The notes beneath the pieces were generated by a model, which was given only the letters and a program-made list of their open reading frames with translations, had not been told where the DNA came from and searched no databases. From NCBI GenBank assembly GCA_963708185.1, contig OY970195.1, positions 416,001 through 480,000 of the forward strand: DNA of 64,000 bases, given 5' to 3'. A program made the translations under genes and the position numbers. The DNA comes from Candidatus Peregrinibacteria bacterium. GTDB taxonomy: Bacteria > Patescibacteriota > Gracilibacteria > UBA1369. How positions within the stretch are numbered: position 1 is the stretch's first letter; each line of letters begins with the position of its first letter. This document shows positions 62,055 to 64,000 of the stretch, in pieces.

Positions 62055-63414
62055 GCCTGTTTTTATAAATCAGGCGTATTCCGGTTCCGTTGAATCCGTA
62101 TTTTTTGCGTATTTCATTTTCGAGATAACGCCGGTAGGAAAAATGTAAAGCTTTCTCGTCATTCACCCAAAAGGTAAAGGTTGGAGGGTTGATCCCGGTC
62201 TGTTCCAGCGAATAAATTTTTGGGGTTGTCAGCGTGACCTTCGGGGGGATGTGTTTATAAGTAATTTCCTTCATGAACCCGTCGAGCTCTTCATTGCCGA
62301 TCTGTTTGAACCTTTCAAGGTAGATTTCACGGGCCAGCTCCATGATTTTTTCAATGTTTTTTCTTTTGAGCGCACTGACAAAAAGCACGGGAACCCATGG
62401 GAGAAAATCAAAACGATGGCGCAGAATTCTTATGAAACGGTTACGGTCGCTTTCGGTGTTTTTCATAAGATCGCATTTATTCACCACGAGCATCAGGCCC
62501 TTTTTGGAGTCCTGGGCGTATGACGAGATGTTAAGGTCCTGTTTGCGGATTCCTCTTTCGTAATCAAGGATTAGGCAGACCACGTCGCTGCGTTCAAGAG
62601 CTTCCAGCGAACGCAGGGCGCTGAGTTTTTCGAGTCCGGGTTCGATTTTGCCGCGACGCCGTAGCCCCGCGGTATCGATAAGGTTGAATTTCTGATCTTT
62701 GTAGATCACTCCGGTGTCGGTCGCGTCGCGGGTTGTCCCCGGAATGTCGGACACGATAAGTTTTTTTTCTCCGAGAATGGCATTCACGAGTGAGGATTTT
62801 CCCGCGTTCGGTCGTCCCAGAAAACAGATGCCGATCTCGTTCTCCTTGCTTTCGGCACGTTCTTTCTGTTTTTTCCAGCCTTCCTTTTTCAATTTGTAAG
62901 TGAGCGTTTCTCTAAGTTCCTCTACACCGGTTTTATGGATAGCGGAAACGGCGAGTGGTTCTCCGAAGCCGAGTTTTTCAAGTTCTTCGAGATTTCCCTT
63001 GAGGCCCTCATGATCGAACTTGTTGGCTACGAAGATGATGTTTTTCCCGGATTTCCGAAGGAGGGTGGCCGCTTCGTAGTCGTTTGAAGTCAGCTCTTCG
63101 CTGACGTCGACGACAAAAATTATCAGATCGGCTTCGTTGACGGCGATGCGGGCCTGGCTCTGGATATCCGCTTCGATGTTTTCCTTTTTCCCGTATTCAA
63201 GGCCGCCGGTATCCACGACGATGGCAGGGATTCCGTCGGCGTTGATCTGATAGTAAATGCGGTCGCGGGTGGTGCCGGCCTGTTGATGGGTCACTGCAAG
63301 ACGTTTGCGAATAATCCTGTTGAAAATACTGGATTTTCCAACGTTGGGGCGCCCGACGATTGCGATGATCGGGACGGTATGGGTCGGGTTTTGTGGGCTT
63401 TTTTTCGTGCTCAT
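62038..63414 (-). CDS. der: Ribosome biogenesis GTPase Der
   Basis: Two G domains (GRPNVGKS, GRPNAGKS), DTGG/DTAG, KH-like C-terminus. Confidence 0.97.
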   Translation of the reverse strand: MSTKKSPQNPTHTVPIIAIVGRPNVGKSSIFNRIIRKRLAVTHQQAGTTRDRIYYQINADGIPAIVVDTGGLEYGKKENIEADIQSQARIAVNEADLIIFVVDVSEELTSNDYEAATLLRKSGKNIIFVANKFDHEGLKGNLEELEKLGFGEPLAVSAIHKTGVEELRETLTYKLKKEGWKKQKERAESKENEIGICFLGRPNAGKSSLVNAILGEKKLIVSDIPGTTRDATDTGVIYKDQKFNLIDTAGLRRRGKIEPGLEKLSALRSLEALERSDVVCLILDYERGIRKQDLNISSYAQDSKKGLMLVVNKCDLMKNTESDRNRFIRILRHRFDFLPWVPVLFVSALKRKNIEKIMELAREIYLERFKQIGNEELDGFMKEITYKHIPPKVTLTTPKIYSLEQTGINPPTFTFWVNDEKALHFSYRRYLENEIRKKYGFNGTGIRLIYKNRLRMKR

Positions 63415-63458
63415 ACTGCCGTATAGTATAGTTAAAGCTTGTTTCTTCCACAATATTC

Positions 63459-64000
63459 ATGGGATTCGAGGTCCAGAGAGTACATCAACTGTTCCAGGAA
63501 ATAAAGCGGGTTTGCGCCAATGTTCAGAGAAATTCTGAGGATATCACCGTTCTTGCCGCATTAAAATACGCTACCCTTGAACAGGCGAACACGCTGATTT
63601 CAGCAGGGATCAGAGTTGTCGGAGAAAATCGTATTCAGGAAGGACAAAAAAGGTTTCCCAATCTGCTTCCGTGCGAGAGACATTTCATCGGTTCTTTACA
63701 AACGAATAAAGTGAAAAATGCTGTGAAGCTTTTTCAGATGATCGAGTCCGTGGATCGATACGAACTGGCGCTCGCTTTGGAAAAAGAGTGCGATAAGCTG
63801 AATAAGAAAATGCCCGTGCTCCTTGAAGTTAACGTGGCGAAGGACCCAAAAAAACACGGCATCGGTCCCAAGGAAACTTTTCAATTCATCAAAGAGATTT
63901 CCGGATTTTGGCATCTGCAAATCCTCGGCCTGATGACGGTCGTCCCCTATTTTGAAAATCCGGAAGAGTCCCGACCCTATTTTCGCATGATGAAAGGGCT
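63459..64000 (+). CDS. yggS: YggS/PLP homeostasis protein (3' truncated; absent from the ORF track)
   Basis: Manual translation gives LAALKY, GENRIQE, HFIGSLQTNK, IESVD, GLMT. Confidence 0.92.
   Translation, partial: MGFEVQRVHQLFQEIKRVCANVQRNSEDITVLAALKYATLEQANTLISAGIRVVGENRIQEGQKRFPNLLPCERHFIGSLQTNKVKNAVKLFQMIESVDRYELALALEKECDKLNKKMPVLLEVNVAKDPKKHGIGPKETFQFIKEISGFWHLQILGLMTVVPYFENPEESRPYFRMMKG

Overview
64-kb window of a small-genome bacterium, most likely Patescibacteria/CPR and Peregrinibacteria-like. This is inferred from the gene order holin-secG-oppA-rplI-ruvX-VirD4-like ATPase, the CPR-type hypotheticals, the lack of Shine-Dalgarno motifs on native genes, TGA used as stop, and the presence of ribEH and pdxST. 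Most of the window is housekeeping (ileS, pgk, fmt, gatB, recG, tyrS, obgE, uvrC, der, tRNA-Leu, a MacAB-type exporter). Seven genes carry 1-2 nt frameshifts, probably long-read indel errors. The most striking feature is three self-contained GC-rich expression cassettes: one at 18.8-20.0 kb and a head-to-tail pair at 39.2-41.3 kb. Each has an AT-rich sigma70 promoter, a structured leader, a strong SD, a high-GC3 ORF for a Pro/Gly-rich Cys-containing surface protein (two of them myxobacterial-looking lipoproteins), and a 3' trailer complementary to the leader. That pairing would loop the ORF out, and it is supported by G-U pairs and one compensatory change. Other highlights: a divergent Elp3 + Trm9-like pair, a plant-type double-domain Ddl, a GNAT-like insertion in UvrC, a large PT-TG-containing membrane protein, a double palindromic operator before umuDC, and an NTT-like/HEAT transporter. 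All family calls come from motif recognition by eye; no searches were run.
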